From: an uncultured Candidatus Saccharibacteria bacterium
GTDB taxonomy: Bacteria > Patescibacteriota > Minisyncoccia > Phycocordibacterales > GWA1-40-21
NCBI GenBank assembly: GCA_964613715.1
Contig: CAZTJK010000002.1
Location: forward strand, 40,355-104,354
Length of the DNA stretch: 64,000 nt
Direction of reading: 5' to 3'
The notes under the pieces were generated by a model that searched no databases, had not been told where the DNA came from, and saw only the letters and a list, made by a program, of their open reading frames with translations. Within the stretch, counting starts at the first letter, position 1, and each line of letters opens with the position of its first letter. Position numbers and translations under genes: made by a program. This document shows, one piece after another, positions 10,399-18,840 of this stretch.

Positions 10399-10755
10399 AT
10401 GATGAAAAGAATACTGGCAGCCGCAGCAGCATCGACCCTTCCGCTTGTCGCCCTTGCGCAAGGATATGCCCCGAATCAGGGTGTCATGGGCCTCTTTAAT
10501 TTTGCTGGCGCAATCCTCAATAGAATCGTTCCGCTCCTTATCTCCATTGCCATCGTCTATTTCATCTGGCAGGTCTTCAAATACACCATTGCAGCCGATG
10601 AAGAAGCAAAGGGCGCGGCAAAGACCCATATCATTTACGGCATCGTCGGCATCTTTATCATGGTGTCCATCTGGGGCCTCGTAGCGATTCTCCAGGCGAC
10701 CTTCGGCACTTCGGGCGTCACCGGCACGATCGGCAATCAGATTCCGCAGATATAA
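10399..10755 (+). CDS. VirB2/TrbC-like pilin 4
   Basis: Signal peptide LPLVALAQ, YFIWQVFKY..DEEAKGAAK.HIIYGIVGIFIMVSIWGLV. Confidence 0.85.
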   Translation: MMKRILAAAAASTLPLVALAQGYAPNQGVMGLFNFAGAILNRIVPLLISIAIVYFIWQVFKYTIAADEEAKGAAKTHIIYGIVGIFIMVSIWGLVAILQATFGTSGVTGTIGNQIPQI

Positions 10756-10763
10756 GCGCGCCC

Positions 10764-11066
10764 ATGACTGCTCTCGTCGAGCGTGCATATGCACAGGATG
10801 TAGCCGCTGTCGGCAGCGGTGCTACCGGCTTCAACCGCCTTCTCCAAAACATCATCAATCAAATCGGCGTACCGATCATCTATCTTCTTTTGGCGCTTGC
10901 GGTCGTCTATTTTATGTGGGGCGTCGTCCTCTTCATCAAGAATGGCGATAATCCTGAGAAGCGCGAAGAGGGTTTCCAGCATATTATCTGGGGTATCATC
11001 GGCATCTTCATCATGGTGTCGGCAAAGGGGATCATCAATATCATTCTCGCGACGATCGGAGCTTAG
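10764..11066 (+). CDS. VirB2/TrbC-like pilin 5
   Basis: YFMWGVVLFIKNGDNPEKREEGFQHIIWGIIGIFIMVS, paralogous to pilins 3 and 4. Confidence 0.85.
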   Translation: MTALVERAYAQDVAAVGSGATGFNRLLQNIINQIGVPIIYLLLALAVVYFMWGVVLFIKNGDNPEKREEGFQHIIWGIIGIFIMVSAKGIINIILATIGA

Positions 11067-11133
11067 GAAAAAACGCCAAACGGCGCTTTTTCATTTTCCT
11101 TGCTTTTTTATTATTTGATTGTATAGTAATAGG

Positions 11134-11466
11134 GCCTTTTTATTAGGTAGCTGCTCGGGCGAAAGCCCGGGAGGAAAGTCCGAACATTCCCATGGGCGAC
11201 CATGGAGCAGGGTAGCGGGTAACGCCCGTCCGGAGCGATCCGAGAGGTGCGAACAGTGACGTCTGCGGCGAAAGCCAAAGACATCCTTCGGGATGAATCT
11301 CGTCGAAAGGCGAGGGTGCAACGGCAAAATCCTTACTTGAATGCAAGGCCGTGCCTGCCGCAAGGCAGGAGCGCCGCTCGAGCCCGCGGGTAACCGCCGG
11401 CCCAGATAGATGGCTATCGTGTCCGGGCGACCGGGCATACAGAATTCGGCTTACAGGTATAAAGGT
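11134..11466 (+). ncRNA. rnpB: RNase P RNA
   Basis: Conserved P4 strands GAGGAAAGTCC (about 11171) and ACAGAATTCGGCTTA (about 11439), many GNRA/UNCG hairpins, P1-like pairing of the ends. Ends are approximate. Confidence 0.93.
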
Positions 11467-11471
11467 TATGG

Positions 11472-11505
11472 AAAGGGTCCGCGATGAGCGGGCCCTTTTC
11501 TTTTT
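11472..11505 (+). terminator. Intrinsic terminator after rnpB
   Basis: AAAGGGTCCGC-loop-GCGGGCCCTTTTCTTTTT. Confidence 0.7.
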
Positions 11506-11551
11506 ACAACCTTCGGGAATGCGCTATACTACAGACTGCATTTCCGAGCGT

Positions 11552-13228
11552 ATGGTCAAGAATCTCTTTCATATCTTCAATAAAAAAATAGAAGGGTTGC
11601 ACGAGGCGGCATATCTGTTGGGCGTTTTCGCGCTTCTTTCCCAGGTCCTTGCGCTCTTGCGCGATCGCGTGCTCGCATCATCATTTGGCGTCGGGCATAC
11701 GCTCGATATCTATTATTCCTCATTCGAGATCCCGGATTTCATATTCGCGACGGTTGCATCCATCGTTTCGATCTCGGTGCTCGTGCCATTTATCACCGAG
11801 CGGCTCGAGCGTTCAGCGGAAGAAACGAAGCGCTTTATCAATGCGATTTTCTCCTGCTTCTCGCTTATTATCGTGTCTGTGAGCATCATCGTGTTTCTCG
11901 CCATGCCATATCTGGCTCCAAAGGTATTTCCCGGCATCGCCGATACGGCCACGCTCATTCATATGGCGCGGATTCTCCTGCTCTCCCCGATACTTTTGGG
12001 CTTGTCGAATTTCGTGGCGAGCCTGACACAAGTCGGCAAGCGCTTTCTCGTCTATGCGCTTTCTCCATTGTTTTATAATCTTGGTATCATTCTTGGCGCG
12101 GCGTTTCTCTACCCGATATTCGGCATATATGGCCTGGCGTACGGCGTCATAATCGGAGCGTTCATGCACCTTGCTATACAATTGCCATTCGTATTTCGGA
12201 CGGGGCTTTTGTCCGTCTGGCCGCTTCATTTCGATTTCCGGGCCGTCAAAGAAGTGTTCCTGATCTCCATTCCGCGCACGATCACACTTGGCATGACGCA
12301 AATCACGACCTTGGCGCTTGTCGGCATGGCGAGCGTGATGTCCGTCGGGTCCATCTCCATCTTCAATTTCTCGAACAATCTCGAATCAGTACCACTCTCG
12401 ATCATTGGCGTATCGTATTCGCTCGCCGCATTTCCGACCCTGTCGCGCTTCGTGAGCCGCAATCAGATAGGGGAATTCGTCGCGCATATTTCGGCGGCGC
12501 TGCGCCACGTGATCTTCTGGTCCATACCCATTTCGGTGCTTTTCATCGTCCTGCGCGCGCAGATCGTACGTACCATTTACGGAGCAGGGAAATTCGATTG
12601 GAACGGCACGAAGCTTACTGCTGCTGCCCTTGCCGTGTTCGCCATTTCGGTCCTTGCGCAGTCGCTCGTGCTTATTTTCATCCGTGGCTATTACGCAATG
12701 GGTAATACCAGAAAATCGCTTTATGCGAGCATCGCAACCGGCATACTCTCCATCGGCTTGTCATTCCTTTTCATGAAGCTTTTTTATCTGGCACCGACGT
12801 TCCGCTATTTCGTCGAGCATCTGTTCCGCGTGGATGACATTCCAGGCACTGAAGTGCTCATGCTTGCGCTCGGCTTTTCTCTTGCCCAAGTCATAAACTG
12901 CGTCATGCTGTGGCGATGGTTTGAACGGGAGCATCCCGGACTGTCTCTCTCCCTTTATCGCACCCTTTTCCAGAGCTTTGCCGCTTCTGTCATCATGGGC
13001 TTCGTTTCCTATCTCGGCCTCAATCTCTTCGACAATATCTTCAATCTGAACAAAGTAGCTGGCATCTTCATGCAGGGATTATGCTCCGGCCTTATCGGCA
13101 TCGCAGTATTCGTTCTTGTCCTCAAGCTCTTAAACAGCGAGGAACTTGCTGAAACTGCCACGACGCTTCGCAAGCGCTTCTGGACGGCGCGGCCGATTGC
13201 GCCTGATATCAGCGCCACCGATCTCTAG
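11552..13228 (+). CDS. murJ: Lipid II flippase MurJ (MviN)
   Basis: LSQVLALLRDRVLASSFG, LDIYYSSFEIPD, SPLFYNLGII, AAFPTLS and many TM helices. The upstream ORF extension overlaps rnpB, so start set to ATG 11552. Confidence 0.93.
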   Translation: MVKNLFHIFNKKIEGLHEAAYLLGVFALLSQVLALLRDRVLASSFGVGHTLDIYYSSFEIPDFIFATVASIVSISVLVPFITERLERSAEETKRFINAIFSCFSLIIVSVSIIVFLAMPYLAPKVFPGIADTATLIHMARILLLSPILLGLSNFVASLTQVGKRFLVYALSPLFYNLGIILGAAFLYPIFGIYGLAYGVIIGAFMHLAIQLPFVFRTGLLSVWPLHFDFRAVKEVFLISIPRTITLGMTQITTLALVGMASVMSVGSISIFNFSNNLESVPLSIIGVSYSLAAFPTLSRFVSRNQIGEFVAHISAALRHVIFWSIPISVLFIVLRAQIVRTIYGAGKFDWNGTKLTAAALAVFAISVLAQSLVLIFIRGYYAMGNTRKSLYASIATGILSIGLSFLFMKLFYLAPTFRYFVEHLFRVDDIPGTEVLMLALGFSLAQVINCVMLWRWFEREHPGLSLSLYRTLFQSFAASVIMGFVSYLGLNLFDNIFNLNKVAGIFMQGLCSGLIGIAVFVLVLKLLNSEELAETATTLRKRFWTARPIAPDISATDL

Positions 13229-13281
13229 TGCTTGCGCGAAGGCCTATTTTAGGCTATACTCCGAGGGCTAGAAAAAACATC

Positions 13282-13440
13282 ATGTCACAGGACCACCTCA
13301 TCAAACTCGCCTGCAAGGATTGCAAACGCATCAATTACTGGACGACCAAGAACAAAAAGAAAGTCGAGCGCAAGATCGAGTTGAAGAAGTATTGCAAATG
13401 GTGCAGGAAGCAGACCGTGCACAAAGAAATCAAGAAATAA
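13282..13440 (+). CDS. rpmG: 50S ribosomal protein L33 (Zn-ribbon form)
   Basis: IKLACKDCKRINYWTTKNKK...ELKKYCKWCRKQTVHKE. Confidence 0.96.
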   Translation: MSQDHLIKLACKDCKRINYWTTKNKKKVERKIELKKYCKWCRKQTVHKEIKK

Positions 13441-13466
13441 AAAACCGCTGAGAAGGCGGTTTTTTC
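13440..13466 (+). terminator. Intrinsic terminator
   Basis: AAAAACCGC-loop-GCGGTTTTTT. Confidence 0.75.
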
Positions 13467-13499
13467 TTTCAACATTTCATGCTATAGTGTTGCCCGAAC

Positions 13500-13570
13500 G
13501 GGCGATTAGTTAAGTGGTATAACTGCGGTCTCCAAAACCGCTGTCCGAGGTTCGATTCCTCGATCGCCCG
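13500..13570 (+). tRNA. tRNA-Trp(CCA)
   Basis: Cloverleaf with acceptor GGGCGAT/ATCGCCC, anticodon arm GCGGT-CTCCAAA-ACCGC and T arm CGAGG-TTCGATT-CCTCG. CCA end not encoded. Confidence 0.96.
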
Positions 13571-13585
13571 CAGATTAACATAAGT

Positions 13586-13921
13586 ATGGAATCATCATTC
13601 GAAAAAAACGAAACATCACAGGCAGAAAGGCGTGCATGGCTTGTTGCTAACCTGAGAGAAAAGGGATATCAAGATCCTGAAGCAAGAGAAACTCTTATTG
13701 CATGGATGCAAACGGAAGAAGAGCATGCTGCTCGAATAAATTCTTCGGAAGCTAACATAGAGGTTATTATCAACAAAGCACTGTTATTAAAAGAATGCGG
13801 GCTTATTGCTGACGCAGAGGAAGAGCTCGGTATTGCATGGGATAATGCTATCCAGGAGGGAAATGATGAATTGCGTGAAAAATTAAAAATCGCAATCGCA
13901 GGAGCTATAAGGAATTTATAA
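13586..13921 (+). CDS. Hypothetical acidic helical protein
   Basis: 111-aa ORF just downstream of tRNA-Trp, AT-richer than core genes. Confidence 0.65.
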   Translation: MESSFEKNETSQAERRAWLVANLREKGYQDPEARETLIAWMQTEEEHAARINSSEANIEVIINKALLLKECGLIADAEEELGIAWDNAIQEGNDELREKLKIAIAGAIRNL

Positions 13922-13924
13922 GGT

Positions 13925-14176
13925 TTATTGAATCAATCCTTCCTCTTTTGCTTTTTTCACAGCATGGGCTATGAGCTCTTCTGCTGCAACGCCTAGCCGT
14001 TCAGCAACTTCTTCGAAATATGCAGGATTTTCATTCTCCTCATTGCCTGGATAGGGCGCGAAGGTGATGAAATCGGATCGGATATCTTCGAGGGGCATTT
14101 CTTCCTGTTCAGCAAACCGTTCGATCATCAAATCTATTTCTTTTTCGCGATTCTCAAAATTCGGCGGCTGTTCCAT
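13925..14176 (-). CDS. Hypothetical acidic protein
   Basis: 83-aa ORF (MEQPPNFENREKE...), convergent with the previous gene. Confidence 0.65.
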   Translation of the reverse strand: MEQPPNFENREKEIDLMIERFAEQEEMPLEDIRSDFITFAPYPGNEENENPAYFEEVAERLGVAAEELIAHAVKKAKEEGLIQ

Positions 14177-14257
14177 AGCGCCAGTGTACCATATATTGTC
14201 TTGCGTTTCTTTTTATGCTTTATTTACTTCTAGTCAGCACTTTCTCAGGAGGCTTAC

Positions 14258-14749
14258 ATGAAGAAAAAGGCATTGGTCAAGCTTTCGGGCAGCTTGCTTC
14301 GAAGCAGCAAAGTGCTTCGGTGGCTCAAAGAGCTTACGAAGATATACCGTGTCGTTATCCTTGTCGGCGGGGGAGACCAGATCAATCAGGCATTCCGCCG
14401 GCGCGGCTGGACAATTGATTTTGGCCCCTTCGGCAGGAAAACAGAGTCTACCGAACAGCAGCGGGTGCAGCGCATGGTCCTGAAGAAAAATCAGGCATCG
14501 GTGCGCATGCTGCTTGCAAAGCATCGCATACGGGCGAAAGTCGGTATTCCGGTCATTTCGGTTGCTGGCGAACTGTGCAATGTCAATGGCGATACGCTTG
14601 CCCTTATCGTCTACGACAGTTTTGAAAAGATTTTTGTCGTGACGAAAGGGGCAGACCGTCAGAACATCAAGCAGGCTGCATTTCATAATAGCGGCTTGCG
14701 GCACAACAGCGGCGATCCGCTGCATAAGATCGAAGTGGTCGCATTTTAA
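14258..14749 (+). CDS. Minimal amino-acid-kinase-fold protein
   Basis: LVKLSGS, VVILVGGG and NVNGD match AAK-family motifs (VxKxGG, VHGGG, NINAD). AGGAGG SD present. Confidence 0.7.
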   Translation: MKKKALVKLSGSLLRSSKVLRWLKELTKIYRVVILVGGGDQINQAFRRRGWTIDFGPFGRKTESTEQQRVQRMVLKKNQASVRMLLAKHRIRAKVGIPVISVAGELCNVNGDTLALIVYDSFEKIFVVTKGADRQNIKQAAFHNSGLRHNSGDPLHKIEVVAF

Positions 14750-14764
14750 ACGGAGCTGCTCGTC

Positions 14765-15655
14765 TCACGCGAGCAGCTTTTTCGTTCTCCTGTATATGCG
14801 AGAGAATTGTTGTGGCTTAGACCACTGGATCTTCCTATTTTTCTTGAACCAGGTACGCTGGCGCTTTACATAGTGCCAGATTTCTTTTTTCAGGCTTTCC
14901 AGCATCTCGCTGTGCGAGATTTTTTTCTGTAGCAATAGCGCGATTTGACGGTATTCGAGCCCGAATGATTCGAGCCGTTTCCAGGAAACACCACCAGCAT
15001 GAAGCTTTCGCACTTCCTCAATCATACCAAGCTGCAAGCGTTTCTTGAGCCGTGTGGCAATCCTTTCTTTCAATGCCGCATCGGGCATATCGAGACCGAT
15101 ATAGGCAACTTCGTATTTTTCCGGTAATGCTTTTATTTCCGGCACATGGCCGAGCGTTTTCGCTATCTCGATTGCGCGGATGAGGCGGACTTTATTATGC
15201 TCGTCTATCGTTATTGCACGCTTTGGTGCATGCTTTCGGAGCATTGCAAAAAGTTCTGATGCCGATTTTGTTTCAAGATGTTTGCGCAGTTTCATATCGG
15301 GCTTTACGTCCGGCAATGAAATATTTTTTACGAGGCTATCTATATAAAATCCGGTACCGCCGACGATGATTGGCAGTTTTACTTTTGCAATGATTTTCTC
15401 GATCGCTTGTTCCCCGAGCTTTTTATATTGAGCGACTGAAAATCGAGTATTCGGGGAAACAACATCGAGCAGATGATGGGGAATGCCATGCATTTCATGT
15501 TTCGTGATCTTGCCCGAGCCGAGATTCATTCCTCGGTATACTTGGCGCGAATCGGCGGAAACGATTTCGCCATTGAATTTCTTGGCAAGCTGTACCGCGA
15601 TATCGCTTTTGCCGGTAGCCGTCGGACCGAGAATAACGAGAATATGAGGTTTCAT
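14765..15655 (-). CDS. miaA: tRNA dimethylallyltransferase
   Basis: ILGPTATGKS, IVSADSRQVY, PHHLLD, IVGGTGFY and YVKRQRTWF. Start ATG 15655 because the longer ORF overlaps a tRNA. Confidence 0.96.
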   Translation of the reverse strand: MKPHILVILGPTATGKSDIAVQLAKKFNGEIVSADSRQVYRGMNLGSGKITKHEMHGIPHHLLDVVSPNTRFSVAQYKKLGEQAIEKIIAKVKLPIIVGGTGFYIDSLVKNISLPDVKPDMKLRKHLETKSASELFAMLRKHAPKRAITIDEHNKVRLIRAIEIAKTLGHVPEIKALPEKYEVAYIGLDMPDAALKERIATRLKKRLQLGMIEEVRKLHAGGVSWKRLESFGLEYRQIALLLQKKISHSEMLESLKKEIWHYVKRQRTWFKKNRKIQWSKPQQFSRIYRRTKKLLA

Positions 15656-15660
15656 GTATG

Positions 15661-15743
15661 TGCCCGGGGAGAGACTCGAACTCTCATGACCTTGCGATCG
15701 CAGCATTTTGAGTGCTGTGCGTCTACCATTCCGCCACCCGGGC
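15661..15743 (-). tRNA. tRNA-Leu(CAA)
   Basis: Reverse complement GCCCGGGTGGCGGAATGGTAGACGCA-CAGCA-CTCAAAA-TGCTG, long variable arm, GAGAGTTCGAGTCTCTC-CCCGGGCA. Confidence 0.96.
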
Positions 15744-15821
15744 ATTTCTTCGCCATCATAGCAGTTTGGAACAAAAAATCAATTTTGCTGCCCGATTGTG
15801 GCATGATACAATCCAAACGCA

Positions 15822-16814
15822 ATGACACAATTTTACAGCGATTCTATATTCTGGGTCGAGCTCGACAAGGTGAGCCCAAACCCGTTCCAGCCGAGAAAGG
15901 AATTCGATGAGGCGCGCCTCAAAGACCTTGCTGATTCGATCCGCCAGTACGGCGTGCTGCAGCCGATCGTGGTCACGAGAAAAGAGACTGAGCGTCCGGA
16001 CGGAGGGATTTCCGTCGAATATGAGCTCATTTCGGGCGAGCGCCGCTTGCGCGCTTCAAAGCTTGCCGGGGTCAAGCAGATCCCGGTCGTCATCCGCTCA
16101 GCAGAAGATTCTGACCTGATGAAGCTCGAGCTGGCGATCATCGAAAACCTGCAGCGCGAGGATTTGAACTGCGTGGACCGCGCCAAGGCATTTCAGCGCC
16201 TCGCCGAGGATTTCAAGCTTAAGCATGTGCAGATCGCACAGAAGATCGGCCGCAGCCGCGAATATGTCTCGAATAGCCTGCGCATCCTGGCATTGCCCGA
16301 GCATATGCTGCTGGCCATTTCCGAAGGGAAGCTTTCCGAGGGCCATACGAGGCCGCTTCTCATGCTTTCCGACCGCAAGGACGAGCAGGAAACGCTCTTC
16401 AAGGAAATCGTCTACAAGAAGATCACGGTGCGCGACGCGGAAATCATCGCGAGAAAGATCGCAGTGGAAAAAGCGAGAAAGAAGGAGACGATCGCAGACC
16501 CTGAGCTTATTGCGCTTGAGGAAAAATTCGCCGAGTCGCTCGGCACCCGCGTGCATATCGAAAAGAGCGAGAAAGGAGGCACGATTACGATCGATTTCTT
16601 CTCGAATGATGATGCCCGGGCGATTCTCGATCTCGTAGCTTCGGAAAAAAAGCGCAAGGTCAGCGAGCTCTTGGATAAGCATATTGCAACGACCGGCGAA
16701 AAAGACGGCGAGAAGCTCGATGTAACAGAGCGCGAGACGATAGACGATCGCAGTATCGATGAGAAAAAGAAGGACGAGGAGGATCTCTATTCGGTGAAGA
16801 ATTTCAGCTTGTAA
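15822..16814 (+). CDS. parB: ParB/Spo0J chromosome partitioning protein
   Basis: PNPFQPRKEF, GVLQPIVV, YELISGERRLRAS, IENLQREDL and HTH IGRSREYVSNSLR. Confidence 0.95.
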   Translation: MTQFYSDSIFWVELDKVSPNPFQPRKEFDEARLKDLADSIRQYGVLQPIVVTRKETERPDGGISVEYELISGERRLRASKLAGVKQIPVVIRSAEDSDLMKLELAIIENLQREDLNCVDRAKAFQRLAEDFKLKHVQIAQKIGRSREYVSNSLRILALPEHMLLAISEGKLSEGHTRPLLMLSDRKDEQETLFKEIVYKKITVRDAEIIARKIAVEKARKKETIADPELIALEEKFAESLGTRVHIEKSEKGGTITIDFFSNDDARAILDLVASEKKRKVSELLDKHIATTGEKDGEKLDVTERETIDDRSIDEKKKDEEDLYSVKNFSL

Positions 16815-16886
16815 TCCTCATGTTTCGATAGATATGTTATAGTAAAAGAAGTTCTTTTCAATACGCGAAAAAGAGGTAACTTCTCT

Positions 16887-17234
16887 ATGCTCGTGCATAT
16901 TTCACCGACGGGTCGGGTACAATGGTTTCGTGTCGTCCGCTGGTTTTTTAGTTATAATGGCTATATTGATTTGTTGATTTTGTGGCTGCTTATCCAGATG
17001 TGGGCACGTCTTCCATCTAGATCTGGAGAAATGGATATTTCTCTTGAAGACGGTGCAGTATATCTTGATAAAAGAAAATCGATTTCACGTCTTCTTGCAC
17101 AGCATTATAATCTCGACACTTCAGAGAAATATCTGGCAATCAGATATGATGACATTGTCGGTCAAATGAAGTTTGTCGTTCGCAGGATTCAAAAGAAAAG
17201 AGGAATAGCAATATATTTTCGTTCATCCTCATAG
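16887..17234 (+). CDS. Orphan hypothetical protein (AT-rich)
   Basis: 115-aa ORF with extended -10 TGTTATAGT, GAGG SD and downstream hairpin TAGCCGG...CCGGCTA plus T tract. Confidence 0.55.
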   Translation: MLVHISPTGRVQWFRVVRWFFSYNGYIDLLILWLLIQMWARLPSRSGEMDISLEDGAVYLDKRKSISRLLAQHYNLDTSEKYLAIRYDDIVGQMKFVVRRIQKKRGIAIYFRSSS

Positions 17235-17249
17235 CCGGTTATCTACCGG

Positions 17250-18767
17250 CTATTTCTTTTTCTTCTGCTTTTCGAGGAAGCTGTTCACATGGCGCTTTGC
17301 CATGCTTGTTTTTGCGATCTCAAGCCATTTTGCCGACGGCTTTGCCGCATCGCGGGTGATTATTTCCACCACGTCGCCATTGTGGAGCGCAGTATCGAGC
17401 GAGACCATCCTGCCATTTATCTTCGCGCCGCTCGTGTGATCGCCGACCGATGAATGGATCGAGTATGCGAAATCAAGCGGCATGGCACCGCGCGGCAGGT
17501 CGAGCACGTCGCCCGAGGGCGTCATGACGAAGATGCGCTCATTGAAGAAGTCCGCTTTCAAATCCTTGATGAACTCGTTCTTCTCGAGATCTGTCTTGAT
17601 GTTCTTCTGCGAATCGGCAAGCTCGGTAATCCATTTCGGCACCGGTTTCTGCGTTTCGTGCGAGGCAGCAGCATAATTGATCATGCTCGGCAGGAATTGC
17701 TTGAACCATCCTTGTTCGGATACCGCTGGCTTTTTCGAGCCGCTTTTCTTGTAGGCGATATGCGAGGCGATGCCGTATTCGGCTTCCTCGTGCATGCCAT
17801 GCGTGCGGATCTGGACTTCGATGATCGCCTGATCGCTCGTGATGATCGTGGTATGCAAGCTCTTGTAGCCGTTCGGCTTCGGCAAAGCTATGTAATCTTT
17901 GATGCGGCCAGGGAGCGGGCGCCAGAGGCTGTGGATGATACCGAGCACCTTATAGCAGTCCTCGACGGTATTTACATAAATGCGGATCGCGAGCATGTCA
18001 TAGACTTTCGTGATATCGCCATCATGGCTTTTGAGCTTCTTGTACAGGCTATAAATGCCTTTCTGGCGGTAATCGGTCTTGAAGTCGGTCAGGCCGCGCT
18101 CGGCAAGCGCCTTCTTTACTGCTTTGGTGAATTTCTCGAGCTGCGGCACATTCGCTTCGCGAGCGCCGCGGATGAGCTTGACCGTCTCTTCATATTCTTT
18201 CGGATAGAGATATTTGAATGAAAGGTCTTCAAGCTCGCGCGATAAGAGGCGGATAGACAGGCGATAGGCGAGCGGCGCATAGATCTCAAGCGTCTCAAGC
18301 GCGATGCGATGCTGCTTTTCTTCCGGCACGTACTGGAGTGTGCGCATATTATGCAGGCGATCAGCGATCTTTATGATCAGCACGCGGATATCCTGGGCCG
18401 CTGCGACGAGGAATTTTCGCAAGGACTCGATATAGCGCTCGGCGCCGCGGTATTTGACCTTGCCGAGCTTCGTCACGCCCTGGACGAGAAACAGCACTTC
18501 GTCGCCGAATTCGCTGCGGACGATTTCATCGGTCGTCAGGCCGTCCTCGATCGCATCATGCAGAAAGCCCGCGGCGATGGTCGGTGCATCGACATTGAGC
18601 TCGGCGAGAATCATGGCGGTCGCGAAGAGGTGATTGAAATACGGCTCGCCGGATTTGCGCAGGTGCCCCTCATGGGCTTTCAGGGAAAAAGCATAGGCTT
18701 TTTTGACAAGCTCCTTGTCTTTCTCGGTCGGGGAATCCAAGAGTTTCAGGATATCTTCGGGACGCAT
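17250..18767 (-). CDS. rel: RelA/SpoT family (p)ppGpp synthetase/hydrolase (HD + synthetase + TGS)
   Basis: RKSGEPYFNH, LHDAIED, IKIADRLHNMRT, KDYIALPKPNGYKSLHT, EVQIRT and TGS LDFAYSIHS. No C-terminal ACT domain. Confidence 0.95.
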   Translation of the reverse strand: MRPEDILKLLDSPTEKDKELVKKAYAFSLKAHEGHLRKSGEPYFNHLFATAMILAELNVDAPTIAAGFLHDAIEDGLTTDEIVRSEFGDEVLFLVQGVTKLGKVKYRGAERYIESLRKFLVAAAQDIRVLIIKIADRLHNMRTLQYVPEEKQHRIALETLEIYAPLAYRLSIRLLSRELEDLSFKYLYPKEYEETVKLIRGAREANVPQLEKFTKAVKKALAERGLTDFKTDYRQKGIYSLYKKLKSHDGDITKVYDMLAIRIYVNTVEDCYKVLGIIHSLWRPLPGRIKDYIALPKPNGYKSLHTTIITSDQAIIEVQIRTHGMHEEAEYGIASHIAYKKSGSKKPAVSEQGWFKQFLPSMINYAAASHETQKPVPKWITELADSQKNIKTDLEKNEFIKDLKADFFNERIFVMTPSGDVLDLPRGAMPLDFAYSIHSSVGDHTSGAKINGRMVSLDTALHNGDVVEIITRDAAKPSAKWLEIAKTSMAKRHVNSFLEKQKKKK

Positions 18768-18801
18768 GCTTCCATACTAGCGGCTTTATCAGCAAATGCA
18801 A

Positions 18802-18840
18802 ACAAAAGAGCGGCGGGCCGAAGGCCCGCCGCTCTTTTGT
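18802..18840 (-). terminator. GC-rich palindromic terminator (repeat family, copy 1)
   Basis: On the minus strand ACAAAAGAGCGGCGGGCC-TTCG-GCCCGCCGCTCTTTTGT, right after the topA stop. Confidence 0.8.

Noticed and set aside
11351-11551. N-terminal extension of the murJ ORF and small ORFs at 11091-11438
   Set aside because: They overlap the RNase P RNA and its terminator.
15656-15745. N-terminal extension of miaA (MPGWRNGRR...)
   Set aside because: It is the translation of tRNA-Leu; the real start is 15655.
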